This document shows positions 28,201 through 40,272 of a stretch of DNA of 64,000 nucleotides, in pieces; the first letter of the stretch is position 1; every line of letters begins with the position of its first letter. Made by a program: the position numbers and the translations under genes. Under the pieces are notes generated by a model. The model worked only from the letters and a program-made list of their open reading frames with translations, was not told the origin of the DNA and did no database searches. Source of the stretch: Hormiphora californensis (Eukaryota; Animalia; Ctenophora); contig CM035359.1 in assembly GCA_020137815.1 (NCBI GenBank), positions 5,208,001 to 5,272,000 on the forward strand, given 5' to 3'.

Positions 28201-31200
28201 GGTCGTATAACCTATTATATAGTGGGTTGCTGCCCGGTCGTTCCTAACAAAATCACATACTAATCTTCGAGATCTTAAATTTTTCTGCATAGTCTTCCTA
28301 AGAATTATCCCGCCCTAACTTGCCTGGCTAGACTGTGTTTCGACTGTGTTTCGGGTGTGTAAAGGGAGGGTTAGAACATAACAAGCCCTAACAAGAGATG
28401 TCATTATAGCATTATAAACATATAAATGTTGCAATACAAGACAAATGCTTCATATAATACATTTGTTCACAAAATGGGGCGATGGGTCCGGGGCTTCGCA
28501 CCAGGCTGTACTTCAATATCTTTAAATCCCCATTTCACCATTATGTTACCATTATATGCTGTCTGGTGGCGCCGACCCGATCTGTCTGATTAGGAGTGTG
28601 GCGCCGACAGACAGCAATTTTGCTAAATTTACCATTATGAAAAGTAACAAATCCTGAATCAGATGCTGAGTATACACTCTCTTTATTCTCCCAGTTACCT
28701 ATGAACGAGGGGGAGGTTAACACTCGAGGAGAGCCATAAACCTTCCTGAAATTTTTAGATTAAAATTCTAGCATGGGGAAGCGATTTTTGCTAGATTTGG
28801 TAAAGCTGGATTTTAAATTTTTTACAAATGTTGAAAAAATCCGCCATGAGCCAGATATCCATTGACCGATCGTAATCACTGCGCTGGCAAGCGCAAAGGT
28901 GACCACCACCTCCCCCAGCCGCGCGTGCCAGAAAGCAGTAATAAGTTTTTTCAGTTTTTAGCCAAAAATGGCATTTTGCGACGCCCATAGCGAGGCCCCC
29001 ACTGCACCAATCGGTCTGAAATTTGGTATACAGTGTCACGTAGACTAGATCTACTGGAGTTTAAAAGGGCAAGTCTCTATCTCTTTTAGTTGTAGAGTTA
29101 TTCATGGTGAAAAAAGCAATAAATGTCCGTGTCTATATATATATGTACATACATACATACATACATATAGACGCTTTTTTACACAATTTGCAGACAATTT
29201 TCTGGAAAAACTACAAGAGATAGACACTTCTCGATTGTTGTATTCAAAAGATAATCGTTTGAATTGTGTTATTGGAGGGTTTTCATGTTCTATGTCTAAC
29301 CAGAACGTCCTTAAAAATTGTCATAAAGTTAAGACATTTTTCAAATCGACCAAATTTCTTTGAGCTCAATTTACACCCTGAAGACGGCTTCTGGTTGAAA
29401 AATGGAGACCACACTTATGAAAGATAATCGTCTAAACTTTCAGAAACTATATCGTGAATTTGTGAAACTCTATTTCCAAGGGTCTTAAATCGCGTCTGAA
29501 GTTTTAAGACTGTATGAAAATAGATATGACAATAGTGCGTTTTTCGCCATAGCGACCTCAAATCTTGTCCAATCGATCTCAAACTTGGTCAGCATCTTTA
29601 TCTAGATGAGCCTGATAATAAGTTTTCACTAGCAAGACGTTATTACGTCGTGAAGTCACACTATGACGTCAAAATGACGTCAAAATTTAAATTTTCGTAT
29701 TTTAGCGATTTCTGACGGTCTTTACAAGTTCTGCTACGTCCAGACATGTCTCACATCGTATCTCACATCAGAAAATACCAAAAATAGACCTAAATTATGC
29801 CAAAAACTAACAGAAATTAGTTGGCTGGAAAGGTGACCACTGTTATTGTCAAACTTACACCTTTGCCCGGCCCGGGTTACGGAAATAGAGGGAAAGGGAG
29901 AGAGAAAGAGAGAGAGAGAGAGAGAAAGATAGAGAGAGAGGAGAGAGAGAAGAGGAGAGAGAAGAGAGAGAGAGGCAGAGAGATGACGAGAGACTAGAGA
30001 GAGAGAGGATGAGAGAGAGAGGGGAGATGAGGAGAGAGAGGAGGAGAGAGAGATGAGAGTGAGGAGAGGAGAGGAGATACGAGAGAGAGAGAGAGAGATG
30101 CAGACAGTGAGAGGAGGAAATATAACTGGATGAAAAAACCCGGAGAGGGCAAAGGTGTAAGTTTGACAATAACAGTGGTCACCTTTCCAGCCAACTAATT
30201 TCTGTTAGTTTTTGGCATAATAAAACTAACATAGGACCTAGAAAATTGTATAAGCTAACGTTGGATTCAAGTCATTTAGACGTTTAGAACGTACAAAAAC
30301 GGCCATGAAGTGCGCAAGGCGCAATTTTGGCAAAAATCCAATTTTTAAGGATGAAGATGGAATCTAAACGCTTCAATTATGGTTGCATCATATTCAGGCT
30401 TAAAAAGTGATCTAGGAACACTGGTCAAACCGATCATCTGTCCCCAATAGAGAAAATGCCATGACATATTCAATCATCCGTAGTGCCACAGTTTTTTCTT
30501 GCATAAAGCGGCAGTTAGAGTAGCATTGAAACATATTGCTCGTGAGGCAATACTGCCAGCAGGCGAAGGTTCCCACCATCCTAGTCCAACCTAAAAATGT
30601 CCAACTCCAAGGAAGACGCTGGAACAGGTCGCTTGGCTATCTGGCTCCGTTCTCTCACAAACATACCTGTCCAGATATTTACCGAATGACCTAATATAGT
30701 CTATAGTACGTGGGTACTGCGTCTATAGTGCGATGCCCGCAAATCGCAAATTGCCTATATATGGTGCTACAATTTGATCACATGAATTACCAGGAAGAAT
30801 CTTTATTAGATCTATATCATGTAAAGAGACCCTGAAATATGCAGAGCCCTGAAAAATCTTAATCAAATACAGGCCCTACAAAAAGTAAAATATTTTCCTC
30901 AATTCCCCTGGAGTATGGGTCACATACTCCAGAGAACTCTAGTATGGGGTGGGGCGAGGGAAATGAGCCAAATGGAGCGATTTATCTGAATTAATTCTAT
31001 CCGGGTCCCAACCGTGTGGCCGCCGGTCTTGAATGGCTTTTGGCCACCGGTCTTGAATCTTGTAAACTACACTAATCGTTTAGTAATTACAACATGCCAT
31101 CAGAACATGACTAATCTTATGTAAAACGGTTAACGGGGATCTATAAAAGCTGGCTCTCCGAGTCATGGCGATATATATATCCCCGGCATGTTCGTACATC

Positions 31201-34200
31201 GAATGACTATCGTCGACGAATTTGCGATAAGGTTCGCATATATTTCGATAATATAAATTTCATGGAAAAACTACTTAGCTGCTAGGAAATAATCCCACAA
31301 GAAGACTAGTTGTTCCGGGAAATGCTTTTAGACAGTTATTATGTACCGGGAGAAAATACTTCCTATCTAAGTCCATGCTATAATAGTAGAAACTTTATCA
31401 AAAAAGCCCCTATATTAAAAGTATATCGATACCACCCGATAGTGTCTACCTATACCTGTCTCTACCACCCCTCTGTGCAACATGACGTGAGACTTACTGG
31501 TACAAGAAATGACGGGCACTGTGTTGTCCTCTTGTTCACAGTACAACTCCTCCGTCTGTTTTAGTTCCGCGAGCTGGTCAGTATCGTTTTGGGACACGAG
31601 AAGGGCCACCTTCTCATCACACGTCTGTAAAACTCCTTCATAAAATTAAATGTTAACATTTTTTACTCCTTCATAAAGTTAAATGATGTTCCTTCATAAA
31701 TAATACTATCGTAACTTTATACTAACAAGGTCAGTTTTGTAGGCGGCATCCCATTGCTTCTCCCCGTCGTAGTACATAAGTAAGGAATTGTAAGTGGGTA
31801 TAAGTCCTCCCACATTTTCCTACGGATAATCAAAATCATTCGTAATTAAAGTCAAACTAAAAAGTAATTCAACATGTTGTTTCATAATATCTTACCCGGC
31901 GATAGTTAAAGGTAAACGTTGCTTTTCCGTTGTTTGGCCGAAAACAGAATCGTGCCAAAAAATAAAAATTCTGAAAGTGGAAGTGATAGGAATTAGAGGT
32001 TAGATATATGCATGAGAGTTTGTTGAAGAACAAGGGAGAGATTGGGACGGGTACCAAGAACTCTTGTCTAACTCATGCGTCCCTCTTTATGGTATGGCTG
32101 TTTTGATAACATTAACATAGAGTGTGGTAATTGAAGCTGTTTTTACTTCATGTTTTTGTTTCGATCCCACCCTCAGTGCCGTGCAATGTTCGAACATCGA
32201 ATAACTAACATCGATGAATTTGCGATAAGGTTCGCAAAAATTTCCGTCAATAAACTCATCCCATTCCTATGTTATATATAATATCGTGCCATATTTTATA
32301 TAAAATATCGTGCCGGATCTAAATCACAATGATTTAGACAAATCACATTGCATCTCTATTATAATTTGGACTATGAATGTCGAAGTTTACGTCGTTCGTT
32401 CAGCGCCTGCTAGGCTCCTTCATAAAATAAAAGGACACTTCTTACTTCTTATTTGGCCAAGATTTCGGTCAAGTAAAGGATGATATAAACAATGACATCA
32501 TTACAAGCTATGTAAAACAGTCGTGCGTGGATCAGATTCAGGCACGACTATATTTAACCCTGAGATGTCAGGGTTCAGTGACGGCTATTATTCCTGATAT
32601 ACCAGGTCTCAAGGGTAAATAGCCGGGACCTGAACCTGAGATTCAGGCACGACTTTGGTTACGAAGTCACCCCCACTGGGGCGCTCGTGCAGAGGGATAA
32701 TTTCATTACCAAGGCACGGCTGCTATAGCACGACTGCTGGGAGGGGGGGGGGGTCCAGCCCTAAAAAGAGCTAAGCTATCGGCCAAAATCAGAGTACCTT
32801 TAGCTTTTTTTAGCTTTTTTAGCTCTTTTTAGCTTTTTTAGGCTAAAAAAAGCTAAAAAAAGCTAAAAAAAAGCTAAAATTGAGTTTTTAGTGGATTCAT
32901 ATCTAGGTTCGAATCCCGCTGACGCCAAATTTTTTAAACTTTTATTATAACGTTTTACAGTCGGACCCCGATTTACCGGAACCCCGATTTACCGGGGGGA
33001 TAAACTTCCCCCGATATAGGAAATTAACGGTATATCGCCCCGATATAGCTAAGCTATCGGCCAAAATCAGAGTACCTTTAGCTTTTTTTAGCTTTTTTAG
33101 CTCTTTTTAGCTTTTTTAGGCTAAAAAAAGCTAAAAAAAGCTAAAAAAAAGCTAAAATTGAGTTTTTAGTGGATTCATATCTAGGTTCGAATCCCGCTGA
33201 CGCCAAATTTTTTAAACTTTTATTATAACGTTTTACAGTCGGACCCCGATTTACCGGACCCCGATTTACCGGAACCCCGATTTACCGGGGGGATAAACTT
33301 CCCCCGATATAGGAAATTAACGGTATATCGCCCCGATATACCGGGCACCCCGATTTACCGGGCAAAACCCTTTCCCCCGAGCATCCCGGTAAATCGGGGT
33401 CCGACTGTATAACGTTTTTTGAACTTTTTTAAAACTATTTTTATCAAATTTGAATAATATTTTTATCGAAAAAATATCTCCAGAAAATGGCAGTAGGGGT
33501 GGATACAGAAATTGCTATGTATGGACATAAACGGTAGATTATGGTAAAAAATGTGCAGGAAATGAACACATGCAGTCAATAGACGTCCGGAAGGATGAAA
33601 ATTTAATGGAAAAGTGTCAAGATGAATGCTGAAAAAACATAAAAAGTAGGGCTAAAAAAAGCTAAAAAAGCCAACATAAAAAAGCCATCGACCAAAATCA
33701 GGGTACCTTTAGCTTTTTTTAGGGCTGGACCCCCCCCCCCCCCCACTGCTATATATCCGAAATTACTTTACTTCTGTATTTGCAGTCAACTATTCCCTGA
33801 TATACCAGGTCTCAAGGGTTTCTCCTAGTCCCGGCGATATCGCTTTGCGATAGTCCCCTGTGGGCTTGCCTTTGGCAAGCCCAGGCACTCCGTAGATAGA
33901 TAGATAGATAGGTCTCAATTAGGGTAATAAGCCGGGACCTGAACCTAAGATTCAGGCACGACTGCTATATATATCCGAAATTACTTTGCTTCTGTATCTG
34001 CAGTCAACTATTTCTAGGAGTAGAATGATATTAAGCTCCTTGCCCCACGCCTTGGCAAAGAATTCACACTTTGCATATAGAATCCCGAGAATGCACGAAT
34101 ACGTCATGATAGAATATTTGAGCTAAAAGTAGAGTGATGAACTCATGAAATAAGGTGATTTTAAGTACAGAATGGTTTGATTACTCAAAAAGACCAACAG

Positions 34201-34314
34201 TTTCCTTACGTCAAAAGTCGAAATTGTCCCCTCCAGTTTTATCCCGTTAGTTGGGATTGGGCAACAACACAACAACAAGACCAAGATCAGGGATGCTTCG
34301 TAAAAACGAGACAT
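19263..34314 (-). CDS. TMEM145: TMEM145-like (GPR180/TMEM145 family) 7TM protein; exons 34314-34210, 31970-31896, 31819-31727, 31624-31498, 23900-23830, 23659-23578, 23310-23238 (1-nt frameshift), 22876-22727, 22323-22245, 21257-21164, 20489-20415, 20315-20218, 20021-19841, 19352-19263; terminal exon not located
   Basis: Signal peptide MSRFYEASLILVLLLCCCPIPTNG, then [120 protein letters not shown], colinear with TMEM145 motifs as I recall them. All intron phases are consistent except exon 7. Confidence 0.9.
20595..21019. mobile_element. G-run/C-run-ended foldback element with AAAAAAGCCAGATC subterminal repeats; TSD GTTAT
   Basis: (G)12CCAAGGCCAAAAAAAGCC...GGCTTTTTTTGGCCTTG(C)17, flanked by GTTAT on both sides. 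Confidence 0.75.
21302..22039. mobile_element. Mutator/MULE-like non-autonomous foldback element, 9-bp TSD GACCTGGAG
   Basis: Long TIRs TTGGTGACATAGACACCTGGCGCGACCCCCGCACACAGGTG..., an exact 9-bp flanking duplication, and internal inverted segments. Confidence 0.85.
23923..26045 (-). mobile_element. 5'-truncated non-LTR retrotransposon (CR1/L2-like clade) with (ATT)n tail, in TMEM145 intron 4
   Basis: RT ORF 26042-24321, ~380-nt 3' UTR and a (TAA)7 run at 23923-23943 on the + strand. Confidence 0.9.
24321..26042 (-). CDS. Reverse transcriptase ORF2 fragment (573 aa, no endonuclease domain)
   Basis: NYRPVSNLSFISKLLEK, HQSGYR, LDMSAAFDTVDH, GVPQGSLLGPVLF, YADD, SRLDYCN motifs; uninterrupted. 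Confidence 0.93.
   Translation of the reverse strand: MRIRTTVLEEQNQRTTRNVLHQTPVCCFEKFEEVSPEKLMRIIKDMPDKTCDLDLIPTWLVKGCIDELATVLCKFVNLSLQCSSVPDILQQALVFPTIKNPHGDKDSLSNYRPVSNLSFISKLLEKVVLEQLNSYLNENELLNKHQSGYRVGHSCETLLMGMFDDLLRDLDEGKVTGLFLLDMSAAFDTVDHGKLLETLEGRFGVKGSVLDWFTSYLQCRNYRVNVEGELSRIITLICGVPQGSLLGPVLFLLYVEELQDLVRPFGLRIKLYADDSQLYISLVPTDEDGWNAAKERIEECLSSVKLWMSDHWLKCNEAKTEFLLLGKSSALDKMVFQPTVSFGGVEISPMEFTGSAGKTLGVFLDSNISMERQINSVKKQCGMLLKNLWQVNRCLDKPTKMLLVKQLIVSRLDYCNVLYSGLPKKLLDSLQRVLNSCVRFVYGLYGHQDSYMPYLSEMHVLPIEQRVKFKVCLMAYKIVHGLAPVYLQEQVPVDDGLHVIRTTRGNAQPDSLKLRYPKLSSVNATSKLRRRRPSVYLPEIWNKLSIDLRAIDSVDSFKSKLKTSLFIEAFGES
26153..28028. mobile_element. Mutator/MULE-like non-autonomous element, same family as 21302-22039, 9-bp TSD GGTTTCTTC
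   Basis: TTGGTGACAT...ATGTCACCAA termini with an exact 9-bp duplication. Shares the GATCCACTGGACCGATTTGCATCCGG module; a terminal fragment also occurs at ~17140-17190. Confidence 0.85.
32739..33744. mobile_element. G-run/C-run-ended element (AAAAAAGCT subterminal repeats, TSD ACTGCT) with a nested pogo-type MITE and a ~277-bp internal tandem duplication
   Basis: GGG..GTCCAGCCCTAAAAA ... TTTTTAGGGCTGGAC(C)n. An empty-site-like sequence GCACGACTGCTATATAT is visible at ~33956. Confidence 0.75.
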
Positions 34315-34387
34315 TTCCGAAGAAGAATCAAGCTAAGCTGGAATGGGGAGGGTTTTGAAGATGAAGGGAGAGAGAGAGAGATAGAGA

Positions 34388-34497
<110 letters not shown>

Positions 34498-35107
34498 GGA
34501 CAGATTGGAAGGAGAGGGTTATGATGCTGTATATTTGTGAGGTTTCAAAGACCTGGCACGAGCCATGGGCGTGGACAAAACAGGGAGGTTCTCTGGAGAA
34601 GGGAGAGGCGCTGGAGCATCTCCAGAGGCCACCTCCCTCTACCGTGGTATTTAAGAGGTCGCCATGCTACGCAGTCGGTCGTTCACGCTATGAATCGCCT
34701 TCGAACTTGCATAAGCTTACACTGAGCCTTAGGAGATTCGATAGACTGGGAACATGACAATTAAGAGGCTCGGTGCTCCCCATAGTTGCCATGTGTTATA
34801 GGAAAATTCTGCAATTGTTGTAGCCAGATATTTTGCTATTTATTGGTCCAATTGTTGCTTGGGGTTTAATAGTATTATAGAACTACGTCGAATTCGTTTA
34901 ATCAAAGCTCTAAACAACTCACTATAACTCTGCAAAATTGTGATAAGACTAAGAGAGTGTGTGATCTGTGCTTGCTGAGCATGTTATATGATAGGGGCTG
35001 CTTTATAAAACTAGTGTACTGCACTTGTAATATACATCATCATGATGTGTGTGTCATCTCGCATGCAGCAGTCGGGCTTGTAGACACTGGTCAATGAAAC
35101 TAAATCA

Positions 35108-35290
35108 TCAAACGTCAGTCTGTAGAGTGAGATCATATGTCAGTCTGTAGAGTGAGATCACATGTCAGTCTGTAGAGTGAGATCAAATGTCAGTCTGTAG
35201 AGTGAGATCAAATGTCAGTCTGTAGAGTGAGATCAAATGTCAGTCTGTAGAGTGAGATCACATGTCAGTCTGTAGAGTGATATCACATGT
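35108..35290. repeat. 25-bp minisatellite (TCAAATGTCAGTCTGTAGAGTGAGA)x7
   Basis: Directly visible, no spacers. Confidence 0.93.
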
Positions 35291-36416
35291 GGTATTAAGG
35301 TAGTGGGGTATTGAGGTAGTGGGGTATTGGGATAGTGAGAATCTTTATTGTACATAAAACATGTACAGAAAACAATTCGCATGCTATCTGAATCATACCG
35401 ACTACATCTTATGTTCATTGTTACAGAAAGCTAGTTTAACTAACGTCCTGTAAGTTACAAAAGGAAGCTAAGATGAGCTGGTGGCACGTCTCTCTGTCGA
35501 CAATATTACAGTTTTATTTAGCTGCTAAGTAGCAGCTAGTAGAGCACTCTCTAGAGGTCTGTGTTAGTAGGGACAATGTGCAGGGACAATGTGTAGTGCA
35601 CACTATGTGGACAGGTCTGAATTACATAGATGCAGATTACACCATTGTGCCTCAGCTAAGTGAACTGCTCTGAGTCACCTTTAGTAGTTCTATAGTGTCT
35701 CTGTTGTAGAGGACAGTCTTTTGTGAGACATTAGACAACATAGCGTCCTAGATGTTAGTATTGTTTAGAACGCAATTACAATGGTGACTAGTCACGCAAC
35801 TCTCTCTAGTGTCTGCAGCTAGTTGCTGTCTGCGGTAGCTATAATCATGATGCAGCTATAAGTCGCTGTCTGCAATCTGTTGTCTACATCGAGTTGTCGA
35901 CATCACTAATTGCTACTACGTAAAGTTGTGCTTTGCTACAAAGTCCACCCATTAGACCAGCATCGTGCAGCACTTCCTGGAGCAGTAGCTCGGATAAATC
36001 ACAGAGCGCTGCAGTTCTGTAACAATTCAGTTGTTCAGTATATAGTACGTGTTATTTTTAATGAATGCCTCTATTGTCCAGCACATTAACGGCATTTCAG
36101 TGTTATTGTTGTTGGGTGCAGGTGTGAACGTGCAGTGTGCAGCACACTGATCTACCTGTATCCTTATTGTATCTTGTAGTGCGTGCAGGACACCGATCTA
36201 CCTGTATCCTTATTGTATCTTGTAGTGCGTGCAGGACACCAGCTGTAATACGCAGTAGCCTATGTGCCGTACGTGATATTGTATCTAGTACTCATTTGAG
36301 ACGAGCCTATAGATCTTGTAGGGGAATATCCATTAGAAACTGAGAGGGATAGCAATTAGAAACTGAGCTGAGCCTATAGAACACTACTTTTAATTATTCC
36401 CAAGTGTTTAATGATA

Positions 36417-36813
36417 CTGTAAAACCAGACATTTTTACGACCATTAATTTTCGCGATTCGATCAAAATTGACTATTTTCGCGGTTTTAATTTTCGCTAAT
36501 CCCACTACCACCCCGATTTCACGGTCCTAGTATATTGTCTAATTACGCCAAGAGTGCAGTCATCATTGCCATGAGACACCAGACCTGCTTGGCATAGACC
36601 AATGAAGTGTGAGCATTTTCTCATTCCTGATTGGCTCTAAGACATAGCCAATCAGGGATGAGACAAAAAAGGCTCACATCCCATTGGCTTACAGTTTACG
36701 AGTTTTCTGTGAAAAATCGTCCAAAATATTTTCGCGGAATCTATTTTCGCGGATTTTCCAGCCAAAAATAAAGAGCGAAAATTAAACTCTCACGAAAATT
36801 AATGGTTTTACAG
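36417..36813. mobile_element. MITE, TA TSD, TIR CTGTAAAACC
   Basis: TA|CTGTAAAACCA...TGGTTTTACAG|TA with repeated ATTTTCGCG motifs. Confidence 0.75.
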
Positions 36814-37709
36814 TAAATGTTTTGTTGACCAACTTGTCTCCCCAGCTCCCGATAATGCAACTTCAGCGATCGATCGCCGAAGTTGCATTATTTAATCAGA
36901 GTTACTATTCTAACTTAATTAACATTTCCATGCCCGCAAAGTTTATACATAGGCTCAACGAATATTATATATTCAGACCGGAATTTCAGTCTGTAATTCA
37001 GGTATGAACATATTTGCAGGACCACGCCATTGCCAATATCATAGTGGTAACATTCACGATCTAGTTTATGCCGCATTATATAGTGGCACTATTATAGTCA
37101 CGTTCTCCGCGGTCACCTGACATATAATAGGGCTTAATGCATTAGGGATCAGTTGGGGGGATAGACACAATTCTAAAGTATGCATTCCCGCGGATAAATT
37201 CTCTGCATACCGACCCGCCCCCTTAATTAATGATATTTCGCATCATGGGTAGGGCCCACTATAAAAGGGGGTGCCAAACGCATGGAGACCCGTATTTTCC
37301 TAATGTCGCAATAGTTGTTGTTGCTGCAGAGGTAGCTATATAATAACAGTCGAAGTTTTGATATCTATTTTCTTAGTACTAACTATTAACTCAACTGAAA
37401 CCTGTACTTAACATTCTATCTATAGCATCAGAAATATTTTAGAATGTTTAGAATATTTTAGAATTTCTAAAACATTTTAGAATTTCCAAAATATTTCTGA
37501 TGCTATTATCCATCGTTTGTAACCTTGGTTTTTTACTTCCAGTAAAATTATTAGCACTGAAACACTCCATCTTCTACCACAGCTAACCACTATGTATAAC
37601 CCTTACGATAAGGTTACCTTCTGTTAACCCAGTTGTTAACCTTATTGTTTATGTTAACCCTATCCTTGATATCACAGTAATAATATAACCCTTCTATCTT
37701 CCATCATAG

Positions 37710-40200
37710 CTATATAACATGAGTTACAATCTGAACTACGGGTTCCTGACCCTAACTACAACTGCCATGGGGATATCGGCTAGTGTTTACACAGCCACTC
37801 TCCTCGGTAAAAAGTGCAAGAAACTGGGAGTGAGACATGTACTACAGTCCACTGAACTTCAGATAGTCTTCTGGGATATCATTCGATGGTAAGTGAACAG
37901 CTAATTCATAATATGAGACATATTTTGAGAGAATTATATTCAATGCAATTGAATTGTTTCTATACTGACAAATTTTCTGATATAATTTATGGAGACGTCT
38001 CTAAGTTCTATATATATCGAATTACAATGACTATGACGACTGTTTCATGTAACTATTTAATGACGATTCTGTCTCTGCCTCAGTTTGACGCTTGGTCTAG
38101 TAACCGGTATCTACCGAACCTCCCACCACGATAACCAACAACCGGCCCTGTTTTGTAATGTGGTGGGGCCCATAACGCACCTCTCCATGCGCCTTCCCTT
38201 CTTCCTTGGTGCTGCCAGTCTGGTGGGGGAGTGGTGCCCTAGAGTATCAAAAGTCATCATTGTACTAGGGTGAGTGATATAATCACTAGTTAATTGGTCG
38301 ACTTAACTTAATTAGTGCATTCAGCAGCAGTAGACTATAGTAGCTAAATGAGACGTGAGACTTGACTCCAATGTGAATAAATCTTAAGTTTTAACCTAGA
38401 ATAGTTACTTAAAAAGTTACTGATATTGATTAACTAGTTAATTAATTTATAAATTTGTCCTAGATATTTGATAAGTATCGCTCTGGCGGTTATTCCCTTC
38501 CCCTTTGGAACTAACTACGAGTACGGTATGGATGGATTTTGCACCTACTACGCGGCGTATTTCACTAAATCCCGTGATCACGAGGTAAATAATTAGTTAA
38601 TTATTATGCAGTTTAATTAACTAACAAATTAATTAGTTGGTGACCCCGTTGGTGACTTATTTAATTAACCTTTCTTTCTTCAGTTCATGTTTTTGCTGGA
38701 CGTTCTTCTTAGCGCAGTACCATTCCTTCTCGCTTTCGTCGCTCTTGCCCTCGTGTTCCTAGTGACCTACTTCAAACAGCAAGGTAATTGACAAACGAAC
38801 AAACAAACAAACAAACAAACAAACAAACAATCAGACTTGCAATCAACACCTATTCCTTGTCTACCTAAGACCCCCTCATTTGCATTCCTCAACTGTTATC
38901 ATAGCACTGGCAAGTGCCCCGGGCCCAAAAGGGGGGTGTGGGGGCACAGCCCCCACCATAAACGGGGGTGTGGGGGCAGAGCCCCCACCTTAGAAATACC
39001 CTCTAGGCCTCTAACTCAAAAAAACAAAAGAGAGAGCACACGCAACACTTCTACACACTTAAGCGCGTGAAAACCTGCCAGTGCTACTATATACCATTGC
39101 AGATTTCGGGGTTTTTGATGCTTTAAAAAAGCATGTTCCAGATGAAGTAGAGAGCTGAAATTTTGTACTCTGAGGGCCCTCATATAGGAGAAGAGGCATA
39201 CAAATTTTCGGAACGATCGGATGTAAGGTAAAAATTTGCCAGAGGGGTCCCAAAATGCAAAAATGTAAGGAGGGGGAGGGGAGGGGGAGGGGGAGGGGGA
39301 GGGGGAGGAGGACGCTTTTTTATCTTTGAGTGTTCTCCTAAACCACAAATAGTAGAGACTTGCCGTTTGGAACAGTGGTTCCTTACATCATTGCGCTCGG
39401 TAATAGCTGTGTGAGAACTTCGAAATCGCCATAGTTCATTAATTATTCATTATTTAGTCATTAAATATTCATTTTAACTATGGTTGCGATATGACACGAC
39501 ATGAAGGTCATAAAGACTTAAAACCGGTCTAATTCGACGCCGTTATTTGCATATTTATGCACCGATTCATGATTTAATGCATATTCTGAATATTTCCATT
39601 TCGGCTGATCCTAGAACGTTTTCATAAACATATTTCGACGCAAAATAGCCGATTTATGGGGGGTCTTACTCGGGACAAAAATCTCTATCTGGCACCGTTA
39701 AGCCGTTATTTGCATATTATGTACCGATTCATGATTTAATGCATATTCTTAATATTTCCACTTCGGCTGGTCCTAGAACGTTTTCATGGACATATTCCGG
39801 CGCAGAATAGTCGATTTATGGGGGGTCGTCCCCCTGACAAAATATCGTATCTCTCACCATTTAGTCATTATTCGCATATTTATGAATTATTCAAATTCGA
39901 AAACATGCAGAAATCAGAAAAAATAGTTTTTCTATTTTACACCAAAAAGAACAGAAATTTAGTCCAAAAACCAATTAAATAAATTAGTTTGGATGCCCGG
40001 GCCCATGTGGTGTCACGGGGGTAACACCTTTAGGCTACTGTCATAAATGATGGATATCGAGAGAGATTAAGGCAAAGGAAATTAGGATAGAAAGAGTGAG
40101 ATATAATCAAGAAAGACGGAATGATAAATAAGAGGAGAGAGAGAAAAAGAGAGATATAGTGAAAGATACAGTGAGAGAGAAAGAGAGAGAGAAATAGTGT

Positions 40201-40272
<72 letters not shown>

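Noticed and set aside
33185-33206. GGTTCGAATCCC T-loop motif suggesting a tRNA gene (also at ~32906)
   Set aside because: An isolated B-box-like motif inside a transposon; no cloverleaf upstream.
35108-35290. CRISPR-like 25-bp repeats
   Set aside because: Head-to-tail units without spacers in a eukaryotic context; a minisatellite.
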